DNA of 64,000 nt from Eledone cirrhosa (taxonomy: Eukaryota). Below are positions 52,250 to 64,000 of the stretch, one piece after another. A program made the position numbers and the translations under genes. The notes under the pieces were generated by a model. It was given only the letters and a program-made list of their open reading frames with translations. It had not been told where the DNA came from and made no database searches. The stretch lies in the NCBI GenBank assembly GCA_964016885.1, contig OZ024744.1:109182001-109246000 (forward strand), read 5' to 3'. How positions within the stretch are numbered: the first letter of the stretch is position 1; each line of letters begins with the position of its first letter.

Positions 52250-52511
52250 TACAGAATGGAAATGCCGCAACAGACTAAGATCTGGTGTTAGTCGTGCAAA
52301 AGTCAATCTGGCAAAATGGGGATATTTAAAGGATGGAGACATGTGAGACTGTGGCATCAAACATCAAATCACAGACTACACAACACCTGAGATGCCCCTT
52401 GCTGGAACACTCCTGCACAGCATTGGACTTGGCAGAGTTTAATGAGCTGTGGCAGAAGCACATCTAGCCAAGCTTTGTAGCCGACACTTTTGTGGACACG
52501 ATAAGAAGAAA
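52250..52511 (+). mobile_element. LINE 3' end with a C-terminal zinc knuckle (Vingi/Ingi-like)
   Basis: EWKCRNRLRSGVSRAKVNLAKWGYL....*DCG/QTTQHLRCP, then a GGACACGATAAGAAGAA tail. The clade call is from motif memory. Confidence 0.55.
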
Positions 52512-53009
52512 ATATACCGATAACAATACTGTTGTGTGTATTTAATTTATGTGAGACTGATGGTTACGGTGACAGGCTGAAATAGTAGAGGCAGGTGAAT
52601 CAGTCAACATGGAGTTATGATTAAGGGAGAATCTTTTCCCTTTAGTTTCTAGTTATTATATTCTGTTTTGTTACATCATGTAGTTGTTGTTTAGCTTTAA
52701 CCAGGTCAATCTTGATTTGACAGACAGACAGACAGGCAGGCACTGTGGTCAAAGAGTATTCCAGCCATGAACATCATCCTATTTCTGTAGAAGGCGTAAT
52801 TTGAGGCAGATTTGGTTATTTCTGACATGTATTTATATTGCAGACACATAGAGAAATAGATAACTGGTATAGAGACCGATGACTGGATAGCTAGATAGAT
52901 AGATGTATATGTGTATATATACATGCACACACACACACATATATATATAGCCATCTTTTTTCTGTTCTGTAGGTTTATATGTACCATTATTAGACTATAT
53001 TATATTAAA

Positions 53010-53198
53010 GGCGGTGGGTTGGCAGTATCGGTAGAGGGTCGGGACGCCATGCTTTGAAGCATAGAGTTACCTCCCTGTACGATCTGAGTTCAAATCCCGC
53101 CGAGGTTAACTTTGCCTTTCATCCTTACGTGGTCGATAAAATAAAATACCAGTAATACACTGGGTAATTGCTGGCCTTGTGCCAAAAGTAGAAACACA
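53010..53198 (+). mobile_element. SINE family B, full length, with an 18-bp target-site duplication
   Basis: ATTATTAGACTATATTAT at 52986-53003 and 53199-53216. Confidence 0.9.
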
Positions 53199-53292
53199 AT
53201 TATTAGACTATATTATGTAGTCAATGTTATGGCAAAGTTTCTATTTAGATTTCAATTCTAAGATTCACTTGCCATGCTTCAAACATGCTTCC

Positions 53293-53371
<79 letters not shown>

Positions 53372-53468
53372 TTATTAAAATAACAGATTAAAGTTTAAGC
53401 AAAGAATCGCTGCTTTCACCCTTATCGAGCACTCTTTGGATTTTAGTCTTCAAATTTATTATTATTAC

Positions 53469-53493
<25 letters not shown>

Positions 53494-53499
<6 letters not shown>

Positions 53500-53810
53500 C
53501 AATATATTAATAAATGGAAACTATATTTATAAAACCATAATTATTTTATTATATATATTTCAAGGGCAACCAAGGCAAATTTTGGTGCGCTTTCATCAGA
53601 TAAAATACAAAATTTGTTTTATAAGATAAAATTTGTTTTATCAGATAAAATTTGTATTTTATCTGATGAAAGCGTACCAAAATTTGCCTTGGTTACCCTT
53701 GAAATATATATAATAAAATAATTATGGTTTTATAAATATAGTTTCCATTTATTAATATATTGAATATTTACTCCAGTTAACTGTTGAGTGCTCCATATCA
53801 GTTATAAAAC
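53494..53810. mobile_element. Second fold-back copy of the 25410 element, with a hammerhead motif at 53655-53720
   Basis: Arms 53494-53768. TATTTTAT-CTGATGA-AAGCGTACCAAAATTTGCCTTGGTTACCCTT-GAAA-TATATA-TA-ATAAAATA. Confidence 0.8.
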
Positions 53811-54310
53811 TTTTAAGCTTGTTGAATCCCAACAAATTAAATATAACTTTTGCATATATATATATATTTATATACATTTACACAAACACACACACACATG
53901 TACATATGTGTGTGTGTATAATTTTGTTTTGTTGATTTTAATAAAATTTTACAAAATATTTAAATTAAACACAGTAAAAAGAACAAACACAAACTCATAA
54001 TCAGGTATTCCAAACTTATTTATTTGCTACTACATATTTTATTATATATATATATGTATATATATATATTTACACATATATATATATATGTACATATGTA
54101 TATATGTATATATATATATATTTACACATATATATGTATATATATATATATATATATTTAAACATATATATATGTATATTTATATATATATATTTACACA
54201 TATATATATATATATATGTATATATATTTACACATATATATATATATATTTATACATATATATATATGTACATATATATATATACACATATATATATATA
54301 TGTATATGTA

Positions 54311-54401
54311 TATATCTGAGGACCTTGCGATTTCAGAGTCAGGTTCGATCATTACATCGATCGTGCCTCAAGCTGGTTGCCAGAGAAACGATTGTAATAT
54401 G
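54311..54401 (+). ncRNA. Hammerhead-like motif with a long stem II, as an island in (TA)n
   Basis: TATAT-CTGAGGA-[62 nt, imperfectly self-complementary]-GAAA-C-GATT-G-TA-ATATG, followed by AATAAA. Confidence 0.5.
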
Positions 54402-54446
54402 TCTAATAAAGTTTATTCGACGCACCACTGATTCTCCGTTTCTTAT

Positions 54447-54493
<47 letters not shown>

Positions 54494-54501
54494 ATATATA
54501 A

Positions 54502-54547
<46 letters not shown>

Positions 54548-54700
54548 GTATGTATATATATATATATGTGTATATATATATATGTATATATATATGTGTG
54601 TATATATATATATATGTATATTTATATATATATATATATGTATATTTATATATATATATATATATATGTATATTTATATATATATATATATATGTATATT

Positions 54701-54732
<32 letters not shown>

Positions 54733-54978
54733 TGTATATTTATATATATATATATATATATATGTATATTTATATATATATATATGTATATTTATATATA
54801 TATATGTATATTTATATATATATATGCATATTTATATATATATATATATATACGATATTTATATATACACATACAATATATATATATGTATATTTATATA
54901 TACACATACAATATATATATATATATATTTGCATACATATATGTATGTATTTTTAAATATATAATATATATATATCTT

Positions 54979-55032
<54 letters not shown>

Positions 55033-55371
55033 TGTATATATATATATATATGTTTATATTGATATTGATATATGGCTGAAAGGTGGCTCAGTTGTTAAGT
55101 ACCATGTGGATAATTGATTTTTACATTTTGAATTCTGAGTCATCTTAACCCTTAATCTTTAAAAGGTTTTATAAAGTTAAGTAGTGTACAGACACATGTG
55201 TCTGCTGTAACGTAGGGGGAGGGGGTGAAGGGGATTACTCTTGGTTTTTTTTTGAACAGAGGTCAATGAAAGAAAGGTCGACTGTGAAGGTTGACCTCAG
55301 GTCTGGTTTACTTCAACATTTATACACATACATGTGTGTGTATGTGTTATATGTACGTGTGTGTGTGTGTG

Positions 55372-55406
<35 letters not shown>

Positions 55407-55552
55407 ATGTGTGCTTTTATATATATTTATATATACCTATATATATACATATATATATATGTGTGTGTGTGTGTATATATATATATGCGTGTGTGTGCTT
55501 TTATATATATTTATATATACCTAAATATATATATATATACATATATATATGG

Positions 55553-55586
<34 letters not shown>

Positions 55587-55652
55587 GCGTATGTGTGCTT
55601 TTATATATATTTATATATACCTAAATATATATATATATACATATATATATGG

Positions 55653-55686
<34 letters not shown>

Positions 55687-55749
55687 GCGTATGTGTGCTT
55701 TTATATATATTTATATATACCTAAATATATATATATATACATATATATA

Positions 55750-55799
<50 letters not shown>

Positions 55800-55875
55800 C
55801 TTTTATATATATTTATATATACCTATATATATATATATACATATATATGTATGTGTGTGTGTATATATGTATGTA

Positions 55876-55925
<50 letters not shown>

Positions 55926-56327
55926 GATGTGTATTGGATTTTTGAAAAAGCTCTTTTTTTTTAAACCCATTCCAAGTAAATTATGTTGTTTTTTTTTTAC
56001 TTTTACATTTTTTAATGTTATGTATAATTGTTTGTTTTCAAGCCTAAACAAGAAACGACTGTGTCATTTCAACACAGCCAGAGATTTTTTTTTTTTTTTT
56101 TTTTTCAATTTTTTTTAAAAATCATATTCCAGAGTGGTTTATTGTAGAGGAGAAAAACATTTTTTTTTTTTAAAGATAGTATGGAAAGATGTGTGATAAT
56201 GTTTATTATATAGATGGCAGATTGTATCATATACTATAGTAAAAATGTTGATTTAACACTCTAGTAACGAGTTCTCGTCTTCATTTCTGAGCATCTTGTT
56301 TTGTTCTTTTTTTAATGTTACAGATAC

Positions 56328-56336
56328 ACTAGATAT

Positions 56337-56367
<31 letters not shown>

Positions 56368-57015
56368 CACAAGGTATCCCATGTCTAACATACACAAGAT
56401 ATCGCATGTCTCACACACACACAAGATATCCCATACCTCACACACACACACACATAAGGTATCCCATGTCTCACACACACAAGATATCCCATGCCACACA
56501 CACACACAAGATATCCCATGCCACACACACACACAAGATATCCCATACCTCACACACACACACACACAAGATATCCCATGCCACACACAAGATATCCCAT
56601 GCCACACACACACAAGATATCCCATGCCACACACACAAGATATCACATGCCTCACACACACAGAAGATATCCCATGTCTTACACACACAAGATATCCCAT
56701 GCCTCACATGCACACAAGATATCCCATGCCATACACACACACAAGATATCCCATGCCATACACACACACAAGATATCCCATGCCATACACACACACAAGA
56801 TATCCCATGCCTCACATGCACACAAGATATCCCATGTCTTACACACACAAGATATCCCATGTCTCACACACAAGATATCCCATGCCACACACACACAAGA
56901 TATCCCATTTTTCACGCACAAGATATCAAATGCCTCACACACACACAAGATATCCCATGCTTCACATGCACACAAAATATCACATGCCACACACACACAA
57001 GATATCCCATGCCTC
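56328..57015. repeat. Variable 20-30-bp minisatellite
   Basis: Core CAAGATATCCCATG separated by variable (CA)n. Confidence 0.93.
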
Positions 57016-60000
57016 CTGTGGTGTGGTAGATAACTACCAGACATTGACTGACCATGTTGTGTTGGTCACTACTGAGACCTGTGTCATCAGTGGTGTGGTA
57101 GATAACTACCAGACATTGACTGACCATGTTGTGTTGGTCACTACTGAGACCTCCTGTGTCATTAGTGGTGTGGTAGATAACTACCAGACATTGACTGACC
57201 ATGTTGTGTTGGTCACTACTGAGACCTCCTGTGTCATCAGTGGTGTGGTAGATAACTACCAGACATTGACTGACCATGTTGTGTTGGTCACTACTGAGAC
57301 CTGTGTCATCAGTGGTGTGGTAGATAACTACCAGACATTGACTGACCATGTTGTGTTGGTCACTACTGAGACCTCCTGTGTCATCAGTGGTGTGGTAGAT
57401 AACTACCAGACATTGACTGACCATGTTGTGTTGGTCACTACTGAGACCTGTGTCATCAGTGGTGTGGTAGATAACTACCAGATATTGACTGACCATGTTG
57501 TGTTGGTCACTACTGAGACCTCCTGTGTCATCAGTGGTGTGGTAGATAACTACCAGATATTGACTGACCATGTTGTGTTGGTCACTACTTAGACCTCCTG
57601 TGTCATCAGTGTTGTGGTAGATAACTACCAGATATTGACTGACCATGTTGTGTTGGTCACTACTTAGACCTCCTGTGTCATCAGTGGTGTGGTAGATAAC
57701 TACCAGACATTGACTGACCATGTTGTATTGGTCACTACTGAGACCACCTGTGTCATCAGTGGTGTGGTAGAAAACTACCAGACCTTGACTGACCATGTTG
57801 TGTTGGTCACTACTGAGACCTGTGTCACCAGTGGTGTGGTAGATAACTACCAGACATTGACTGACCATGTTGTGTTGGTCACTACTGAGACCTCCTGTGT
57901 CATCAGTGGTGTGGTAGATAACTACCAGACATAGACTGACCATGTTGTGTTGGTCACTACTGAGACCTGTGTCACCAGTGGTGTGGTAGATAACTACCAG
58001 ACATTGACTGACCATGTTGTGTTGGTCACTACTGAGACCTCCTGTGTCATCAGTGGTGTGGTAGATAACTACCAGACATTAACTGACCATGTTGTGTTGG
58101 TCACTACTGAGACCTCCTGTGTCATCAGTGGTGTGGTAGATAACTACCAGACATTGACTGACCATGTTGTGTTGGTCACTACTGAGACCTCCTGTGTCAT
58201 CAGTGGTGTGGTAGATAACTACCAGCCATTGACTGACCATGTTGTGTTGGTCACTACTGAGACCTCCTGTGTCATCAGTGGTGTGGTAGATAACTGCCAC
58301 CAGACATTGACTGACCATGTTGTGTTGGTCACTAATGAGACCTCCTGTGTCACCAGTGGTGTGGTAGATAACTACCAGCCATTGACTGACCATGTTGTGT
58401 TGGTCACTACTGAGACCTCCTGTGTCATCAGTGGTGTGGTAGATAACTACCAGACATTGACTGACCATGTTGTGTTGGTCACTACTGAGACCTCCTGTGT
58501 CATCAGTGGTGTGGTAGATAACTACCAGACATAGACTGACCATGTTGTGTTGGTCACTACTGAGCCCTGTGTCATCAGTGGTGTGGTAGATAACTACCAG
58601 ACATTGACTGACCATGTTGTGTTGGTCACTACTAAGACCTGTGTCACCAGTGGTGTGGTAGATAACTACCAGACATTAACTGACCATGTTGTGTTGGTCA
58701 CTACTGAGACCTCCTGTGTCATCAGTGGTGTGGTAGATAACTACCAGACATTGACTGACCATGTTGTGTTGGTCACTACTGAGACCTCCCGTGTCATCAG
58801 TGGTGTGGTAGATAACTACCAGACATTGACTGACCATGTTGTGTTGGTCACTACTGAGACCTCCCGTGTCATCAGTGGTGTGGTAGATAACTACCAGACA
58901 TTAACTGACCATGTTGTGTTGGTCACTACTGAGACCTCCTGTGTCATCAGTGGTGTGGTAGATAACTACCAGACATAGACTGACCATGTTGTGTTGGTCA
59001 CTACTGAGACCTCTTGTGTCATCAGTGGTGTGGTAGATAACTACCACCAGACATTGACTGACCATGTTCTGTTGGTCACTACTGAGACCCCCTGTGTCAT
59101 CAGTGGTGTGGTAGATAACTACCAGACATTGACTGACCATGTTGTGTTGGTCACTACTGAGACCTCCTGTGTCATCAGTGGTGTGGTAGATAACTACCAG
59201 ACATTGACTGACCATGTTGTGTTGGTCACTACTGAGACCTCCTGTGTCATCAGTGGTGTGGTAGATAACTACCAGACATTGACTGACCATGTTGTGTTGG
59301 TCACTACTGAGACCTGTGTCATCAGTGGTGTGGTAGATAACTACCAGACATTGACTGACCATGTTCTGTTGGTCCCTACTGAGACCTCCTGTGTCATCAG
59401 TGGTGTGGTAGATAACTACCAGACATTGACTGACCATGTTGTGTTGGTCACTACTGGGACCTCCTGTGTCATCAGTGGTGTGGTAGATAACTGCCACCAG
59501 ACATTGACTGACCATGTTGTGTTGGTCACTACTGAGACCTAGTCACCAGTGGTGTGGTAGATAACTACCAGATATTGACTGACCATGTTGTGTTGGTCAC
59601 TACTGAGACCTGTGTCACCAGTGGTGTGGTAGATAACTACCAGACATTGACTGACCATGATGTGTTGGTCACTACTGAGACCTCCTGTGTCATCAGTGTT
59701 GTGGTAGATAACTACCAGATATTGACTGACCATGTTGTGTTGGTCACTACTGAGACCTCCTGTGTCATCAGTGTTGTGGTAGATAATACCAGACATTGAC
59801 TGACCATGTTGTGTTGGTCACTACTGAGACCTCCCGTGTCATCAGTGGTGTGGTAGATAACTACCAGACATTAACTGACCATGTTGTGTTGGTTACTACT
59901 GAGACCTCCTGTGTCATCAGTGGTGTGGTAGATAACTACCAGACATAGACTGACCATGTTGTGTTGGTCACTACTGAGACCTCTTGTGTCATCAGTGGTG

Positions 60001-63000
60001 TGGTAGATAACTACCACCAGACATTGACTGACCATGTTCTGTTGGTCACTACTGAGACCCCCTGTGTCATCAGTGGTGTGGTAGATAACTACCAGACATT
60101 GACTGACCATGTTGTGTTGGTCACTACTGAGACCTCCTGTGTCATCAGTGGTGTGGTAGATAACTACCAGACATTGACTGACCATGTTGTGTTGGTCACT
60201 ACTGAGACCTCCTGTGTCATCAGTGGTGTGGTAGATAACTACCAGACATTGACTGACCATGTTGTGTTGGTCACTACTGAGACCTGTGTCATCAGTGGTG
60301 TGGTAGATAACTACCAGACATTGACTGACCATGTTCTGTTGGTCCCTACTGAGACCTCCTGTGTCATCAGTGGTGTGGTAGATAACTGCCACCAGACATT
60401 GACTGACCATGTTGTGTTGGTCACTACTGAGACCTCCTAGTCACCAGTGGTGTGGTAGATAACTACCAGATATTGACTGACCATGTTGTGTTGGTCACTA
60501 CTGAGACCTGTGTCACCAGTGGTGTGGTAGATAACTACCAGACATTGACTGACCATGATGTGTTGGTCACTACTGAGACCTCCTGTGTCATCAGTGTTGT
60601 GGTAGATAACTACCAGATATTGACTGACCATGTTGTGTTGGTCACTACTGAGACCTCCTGTGTCATCAGTGTTGTGGTAGATAACTACCAGACATTGACT
60701 GACCATGTTGTGTTGGTCACTACTGAGACCTCCTGTGTCATCAGTGGTGTGGTAGATAACTACCAGATATTGACTGACCATGTTGTATTGGTCACTACTG
60801 AGACCTCCTGTGTCATCAGTGGTGTGGTAGATAACTACCAGACATTGACTGACCATGTTGTGTTGGTCACTACTGACACCTCCTGTGTCATCAGTGGTGT
60901 GGTAGATAACTACCAGACATTGACTGACCATGTTGTGTTGGTCACTACTGAGACCTCCTGTGTCATCAGTGGTGTCGTAGATAACTACCACCAGACATTG
61001 ATTGACCATGTTGTGTTGGTCACTACTGAGACCTGTGTCATCAGTGGTGTGGTAGATAACTACCAGACATTGACTGACCATGTTGTGTTGGTCACTACTG
61101 AGACCTCCTGTGTCATTAGTGGTGTGGTAGATAACTACCAGACATTGACTGACCATGTTGTGTTGGTCACTACTGAGACCTCCTGTGTCATCAGTGGTGT
61201 GGTAGATAACTACCAGACATTGACTGACCATGTTGTGTTGGTCACTACTGAGACCTGTGTCATCAGTGGTGTGGTAGATAACTACCAGACATTGACTGAC
61301 CATGTTGTGTTGGTCACTACTGAGACCTCCTGTGTCATCAGTGGTGTGGTAGATAACTACCAGACATTGACTGACCATGTTGTGTTGGTCACTACTGAGA
61401 CCTGTGTCATCAGTGGTGTGGTAGATAACTACCAGATATTGACTGACCATGTTGTGTTGGTCACTACTGAGACCTCCTGTGTCATCAGTGGTGTGGTAGA
61501 TAACTACCAGATATTGACTGACCATGTTGTGTTGGTCACTACTTAGACCTCCTGTGTCATCAGTGTTGTGGTAGATAACTACCAGATATTGACTGACCAT
61601 GTTGTGTTGGTCACTACTTAGACCTCCTGTGTCATCAGTGGTGTGGTAGATAACTACCAGACATTGACTGACCATGTTGTATTGGTCACTACTGAGACCA
61701 CCTGTGTCATCAGTGGTGTGGTAGAAAACTACCAGACCTTGACTGACCATGTTGTGTTGGTCACTACTGAGACCTGTGTCACCAGTGGTGTGGTAGATAA
61801 CTACCAGACATTGACTGACCATGTTGTGTTGGTCACTACTGAGACCTCTTGTGTCATCAGTGGTGTGGTAGATAACTACCAGACATAGACTGACCATGTT
61901 GTGTTGGTCACTACTGAGACCTGTGTCACCAGTGGTGTGGTAGATAACTACCAGACATTGACTGACCATGTTGTGTTGGTCACTACTGAGACCGCCTGTG
62001 TCATCAGTGGTGTGGTAGATAACTACCAGACATAGACTGACCATGTTGTGTTGGTCACTACTGAGACCTCCTGTGTCATCAGTGGTGTGGTAGATAACTA
62101 CCAGACATTGACTGACCATGTTGTGTTGGTCACTACTGAGACCTCCTGTGTCATCAGTGTTGTGGTAGATAACTACCAGACATTAACTGACCATGTTGTG
62201 TTGGTCACTACTGAGACCTCCTGTGTCATCAGTGGTGTGGTAGATAACTACCAGACATTGACTGACCATGTTGTGTTGGTCACTACTGAGACCTCCTGTG
62301 TCATCAGTGGTGTGGTAGATAACTACCAGACATTAACTGACCATGTTGTGTTGGTCACTACTGAGACCTCCTGTGTCATCAGTGGTGTGGTAGATAACTA
62401 CCAGACATTGACTGACCATGTTGTGTTGGTCACTACTGAGACCTCCTGTGTCATCAGTGGTGTGGTAGATAACTACCAGATATTGACTGACCATGTTGTG
62501 TTGGTCACTACTGAGACCTCCTGTGTCATCAGTGGTGTGGTAGATAACTGCCACCAGACATTGACTGACCATGTTGTGTTGGTCACTAATGAGACCTCCT
62601 GTGTCACCAGTGGTGTGGTAGATAACTACCAGACATTGACTGACCATGTTGTGTTGGTCACTACTGAGACCTCCTGTGTCATCAGTGGTGTCGTAAATAA
62701 CTACCAGACATTGACTGACCATGTTGTGTTGGTCACTACTGAGACCTCCTGTGTCATCAGTGGTGTGGTAGATAACTACCAGACATAGACTGACCATGTT
62801 GTGTTGGTCACTACTGAGACCTCCTGTGTCATCAGTGGTGTGGTAGATAACTACCAGATATTGACTGGCCATGTTGTGTTGGTCACTACTGAGACCTCCT
62901 GTGTCACCAATGGTATGGTAGATTACTACCAGACATTGACTGACCATGTTGTGTTGGTCACTACTGAGACCTCCTGTGTCACCAGTGGTGTGGTAGATAA

Positions 63001-64000
63001 CAAACCAGATATTGACTGACCATGTTGTATTGGTCACTACTGAAACCTCCTGTGTCATCAGTGGTGTGGTAGATAACTACCAGACATTGACTGACCATGT
63101 TGTGTTGGTCACTACTGAGACCACCTGTGTCATCAGTGGTGGTAGATAACTACCAGACATTGACTGACCATGTTGTGTTGGTCACTACTGAGACCTGTGT
63201 CATCAGTGGTGTGGTAGATAACTACCAGACATTGAGTGACCATGTTGTGTTGGTCACTACTGAGACCAGCTGTGTCACCAGTGGTGTGGTAGATAACTAC
63301 CAGACATAGACTGACCATGTTGTGTTGGTCACTACTTAGACCTCCTGTGTCATCAGTGTTGTTGTAGATAACTACCAGACATTGACTGACCATGTTGTGT
63401 TGGTCACTACTGAGACCTCCTGTGTCATCAGTGGTGTGGTAGATAACTACCAGACATTGACTGACCATGTTGTTGGTCGCTACTGAGACCTCATGTGTCA
63501 CCAGTGGTGTGGTAGATAACTACCAGACATAGACTGACCATGTTGTGTTGGTCACTACTTAGACCTCCTGTGTCATCAGTGTTCTGGTAGATAACTACAA
63601 GACATTGACTGACCATGTTGTGTTGGTCACAACTGAGACCTCCTGTGTCATCAGTGGTGTGGTAGATAACTACCAGATATTGACTGACCATGTTGTGTTG
63701 GTCACTACTGAGACATCCTGTCATCAGTGGTGTGGTAGATATCTACCAGATATTGACTGACCATGTTGTGTTGGTCACTACTGAGACCTGTGTCATCAGT
63801 GGTGTGGTAGATAACTACCAGACATTGACTGACCATGTTGTGTTGGTCACTACTGAGACCTCCTGTGTCATCAGTGGTGTGGTAGATAACTACCAGACAT
63901 TGACTGACCATGTTGTGTTGGTCAGTACTGAGACCTCCTGTGTCATCAGTGGTGTGGTAGATAACTACCAGACACTGACTGACCATGTTGTGTTGGTCAC
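57016..64000. repeat. 72/75/78-bp satellite array, about 7 kb, running off the end of the window
   Basis: Unit CCTCCTGTGTCATCAGTGGTGTGGTAGATAACTACCAGACATTGACTGACCATGTTGTGTTGGTCACTACTGAGA, roughly 90+ copies. Confidence 0.98.

Noticed and set aside
57016-64000. Satellite as a CRISPR array or as tandem hammerheads/box C/D RNAs (the minus strand has CTGATGA in each unit)
   Set aside because: No unique spacers, no cas genes and a eukaryotic context. No GAAA partner for a hammerhead core, and the motif lacks the purine of a C box.

Overview
AT-rich, microsatellite-dense eukaryotic genomic DNA. The repeat families look like those of an octopus/cephalopod (inference). The only host gene is the 3' part of an estrogen-related receptor (ERR, NR3B) on the + strand: four exons at 13317-13436, 19633-19806, 26299-26574 and 27853-28094, covering the T-box/hinge and the whole ligand-binding domain. 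I could not find the zinc-finger exons, which probably lie upstream of the window. The rest is repeats: decayed RTE-clade LINEs (one with a twin-priming-type inversion), R4/Dong-like and Vingi-like LINE ends, a probable Helitron, three tRNA-derived SINE families, about 10 minisatellites and a 7-kb 75-bp satellite. The most striking unannotated signal is a dispersed set of short elements, usually in (TA)n tracts, that carry type I hammerhead-ribozyme motifs (CUGANGA...GAAA...UH with paired stem I). Many of them are folded back into long palindromes, as expected for Penelope-like element termini. Two such palindromes sit just upstream of an ERR exon. Most ORFs in the supplied track are microsatellite or satellite artefacts.
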